The notes below the pieces were generated by a model. It was not told the origin of the DNA. It did not search any database and worked only from the letters and a program-made list of their open reading frames with translations. Position numbers and translations under genes: made by a program. A stretch of 64,000 nt of DNA from NCBI RefSeq assembly GCF_009914755.1, contig NC_060929.1. One strand, 5' to 3'. Origin of the DNA: the human T2T-CHM13v2.0 reference genome, Homo sapiens. This document shows, in pieces, positions 60,560 to 64,000 of this stretch. Within the stretch, counting starts at the first letter, position 1; the number at the start of each line of letters is the position of its first letter.

Positions 60560-60768
60560 TAGCACTCCCTCATCTCATGGAGGCCAACCTTTCTCAAGCC
60601 GAGTTAGGTGTCCCCTGCAGAACCTTCTCCAAATGTCCCAGCATGGGGACAGGCTCTATGTGTCAATGATCACGTGGATGAGAGAAGGAATGTGAGTCAG
60701 TGGCCTTCATCACGCTGCGTCAAAATGCCTTGTTCACATATGCCATGATTCCTTGACTCTGACGTGCC
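60560..60768 (+). repeat. Local duplication B, copy 1
   Basis: Aligns to 61253-61462; identical core CCATGATTCCTTGACTCTGA. Confidence 0.82.
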
Positions 60769-61252
60769 TCCAGCTGTCTCCTCTGTTGGAAATTATCATC
60801 TAACTTTCATAATCCAACTCTGAAGAGCCCGCCTTTGCACCACCAACTCCTCTCATGCTGGCTGGCCGGGATTCCCATTTTGCGTTATTACTTTTATTCT
60901 TGTGGATGGAAAGATCTTCAGTGAGTTCACTGTAGCCCTATTTTGTTCATTGTACTACTTCAGGCACTTGAAAAACACAAGATAAATATTTAATATCAAT
61001 CTGCTTGAAGGAATGTTGGGTTGCACCCAAGTGCGGTTTCCTGGTACCACTGCTCAGAAAACATTCCACCCCCATTCTCACCCCAACTGGACTCCTTCCG
61101 AACTTGAAGCTCTGAATCCAGCTCACAGTCATGGCATCCTGCTCTGCATTCTGGCGGGTTCCCAGCCTCTGCATCTGGGCCTGGCATCCTGATGTTCTCA
61201 CTTGTTGGATCTCCTTAGACACCTCTGCCTCAGGTGCCTTCCTAGGCCCATA

Positions 61253-61462
61253 TAGCAGCCCCTTCATCTCACCACTGCCAGCTATTCTCAGGCAGAGAAA
61301 TATGTGCCCTAGGGGACCTTCTCCAGATGGCTTAGCAGGAGGGCGGGTTCTATGTGTAAAGGAATGTGTGGGTGAGAGAAGGGATGGTAAGTCGGTGGCC
61401 TTCGTCACACTGCATTGAAATTTCTTGCTCACATTCACCATGATTCCTTGACTCTGAAATGC
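61253..61462 (+). repeat. Local duplication B, copy 2
   Basis: Offset ~693-695 from copy 1. Confidence 0.82.
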
Positions 61463-61646
61463 TTTCTACATCGGATGCTATTTAGCATTTCAGAATTTAA
61501 AACTCAAGAGGTGAGAGGGAACCTAGAGATAACCTCATCCAGCCTCTAATTCTGTGGATGAGGGACCAAGGACTCCAAAGGTGCCATCCACTTAAGTGAG
61601 TTTTTATTTCCAATTATTTAAAATAAACATTTCCCCCCACCCTCCA

Positions 61647-61693
61647 ACACACACACACACACACACAGACACACACACACACACACACACACA
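61647..61693. repeat. (CA)n microsatellite with one GA interruption
   Basis: Read directly. Confidence 0.95.
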
Positions 61694-63019
61694 AAATGCT
61701 GAAGAAGCTGTAATCAGGCTTCTTGAGGATGCAAATGGAGGCTTTGGAGTAGAATCAGGAATGCAATGACTATGAGGTCTGCAAAGGCTTCCTATCCTTG
61801 GGTAAGAACCTTTGGAATAAATCCAAACTATTTATGATGGGCAAGATCCCAATGAGTGGTTCTGATTCCAGCCTCATCATAGTTTATAAGTAGTAAATGT
61901 TATATTAAAAATACCTACTTACTCTGCTAGGCACTTAGCTTCTACTGGCTCATTTATGGTCACAAGGGCCCTTGGAGGTAATATCCATTTGACAGTTTAA
62001 TAGAACCGGGGCTCACAGATGCTGCATAACTTGCCTTCCCAGTGGTATATAGCAAGTAGGTGTTGGAACCAGAATTGGAATCAAGCCTTGGAACCTTATA
62101 GTAGAAGCAGGTTGCAGAGGGTGCCAGGCTGTGTGTGGGGTGAGTCACAGGCAGACGGTGCCCAGCACTAGGCAGGGATGCCCATGTTCATGGACATGGA
62201 CCAGCATGGCACCAAAGTTGCCTTGTGACTACTCAGCACCCATTGATCAAAATCATATTGGTAAGTCATGGTAACCTCACATAGTACCTATTCCTATTCT
62301 TCTCTACTCTAGTTTCCTAAAGTATGTTTTTCAGGTGTTGGTCCCATTTATTTAAAACTAGGTTCTGGGCAAAGTGTAAATTCATCTTAAAAGACATTTG
62401 ATAATTTTTTTAAGTTAATTTATAATTGTATTTAGATTAAAGTAATCTAGTAAGAAAGTACTCAGTATTATAATAATACTTTACAAAATGTTTTATACAT
62501 ATAATAGTCCTTCAAAGTATTTTCAGACATTATTTTATTTGATAATGAAAATAATCCATTTTATCTAGGCAGAAGCTAAGACTAGAATAAGAGATTCAAG
62601 TTCACATTTTCATTACAATTAGCAATTAAAAATAGTACTAGTTGTCATTGTAGCAGTAATAGTAATAAGTGCACATTCACAGTCAGATTTAACTTTCTAA
62701 ACTACCTGAGGCAGACTTACCTTTCTATGATAAATACAAGAGAGTGACTCTAACCAAAAATTCCACCAAACAAACCAACCCCCAAAACACCTTTAGAACG
62801 CATATGCTGGATACGGCAAATGAAAATGCCAGAAAATATCAGAAGAAATTTTTCTCTCAGTGTTGTTACCTTGTGCTTTCGATAGCAGAGATAATACGAT
62901 GCCAGCCCACCAACGTTCTTCCAGGCAGAGATAAAAGCGCAAATAGAGAGGTCGCCTCGGGAAAGGGAAAGTAGGTCACACAGCTAATAGAAAAGCTTTC
63001 TACCCCACAGCAGTGTTTT

Positions 63020-64000
63020 TCCCTTGAAGTCTGTTTTCTTTCCTGTCAATATCCCTCCACCATATTTTATTTTTGGTTAGTATTTGCCTGGTGTTCCTTG
63101 TTCCATCTTTCTACTTTCAGCTTTTCCTTGTCAATGAAAAGAATATAGGTTTTAGGTGTGTCTCTGGTGAACAGCATGTAGCTCTATGTCCTTTTCTCTG
63201 ATCCAAACATCTCTCTCTCTTATTTGACAAGTGTGATCCATTTACCTGTATTATAATTATTACTAAAATCTTTTAAAACCCAATTTGTATCTTTTTGCTT
63301 CTACTTGTTTTTCCTTCTTTTCTGCCTTCTTTTGGACTCCTGGAGTTTATTCTCTTTTATTCTCTCTAGTGACTTGGAACTTATATACTCTAGTTTGTTT
63401 TTTCAGTTATTACCTTAAAACCGTAACATGTACACATGATTAACAAAGTATATTATTAATAATATCTCCACTTTCTTGTTGAACAATACAGGGACCATGC
63501 TCTGAGTCTGGTAATTTTTCTCATCTTCCATACTAGCATGGTTTAAATTTTTCTAAACTTAAACTGCTCAAATTATTCAATGTTTATTCCTGTTTTTGTT
63601 AAACAATGTATTTGTTTACTATTTTTTCCAAATACCATTCCACCTTTCTGGACTCAGTTTCCATATTACTAAAATGCTTCCTTTTATAATCCTTCCCATG
63701 AGGGTTTGTATATAATATACCCACTCAGATTTTGTATTTTAAAAAGTCTTTATCTTTTCCCCATTGTGATTATTTATAATTTTTTCTAACATTCTAAAAA
63801 CAGGATTCCATAATTTCCTGGCCTCTGTGGGAATGAGATTAACTCTCCTGTCCATCTAACTGTTGTAGACACTTGGTCCCTTGTCTCGGTGGGAGTTTTT
63901 GTAGGATTTGCTCTTTGTATCATGGGCAGTAGATTCCAGGTGTCAAAGTGCAGCCTGACTTTTATTTTTGAGACTCAGCTGTGTATTCTCTACCACAGAC
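63020..64000 (-). mobile_element. Very old L1M remnant
   Basis: ggttagtatttgcctgg...tttaggtgtgtctctggtgaacagcat; degenerate. Confidence 0.55.

Overview
Human genomic DNA (an AluYa5 with all its diagnostic positions is present) from inside the adenylate cyclase type 2 gene, ADCY2, on the + strand. I read 11 GT-AG coding exons (3565-56875, 1236 nt, 412 codons). Their phases join into one open frame: the end of the M1 linker, the whole C1a catalytic domain, the regulatory C1b region (PFAHL motif) and the first two helices of M2. The gene starts and ends outside the window, and the exon numbers 5-15 are from memory. The rest is intron with many Alu, L1, L2, MIR and MaLR/ERVL relics and simple repeats; repeat subfamilies and the boundaries of old repeats are approximate. 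I found no evidence of a new biological system. The most unusual features are structural: an L1 and an AluYa5 inserted at the same target site beside a splice donor (three TSD copies plus a fold-back), a 9-nt direct repeat across both ends of one intron, two old local ~200-bp duplications, a tiny polyadenylated LTR-like retrocopy, a fold-back templated insertion, and a pre-miRNA-sized hairpin.
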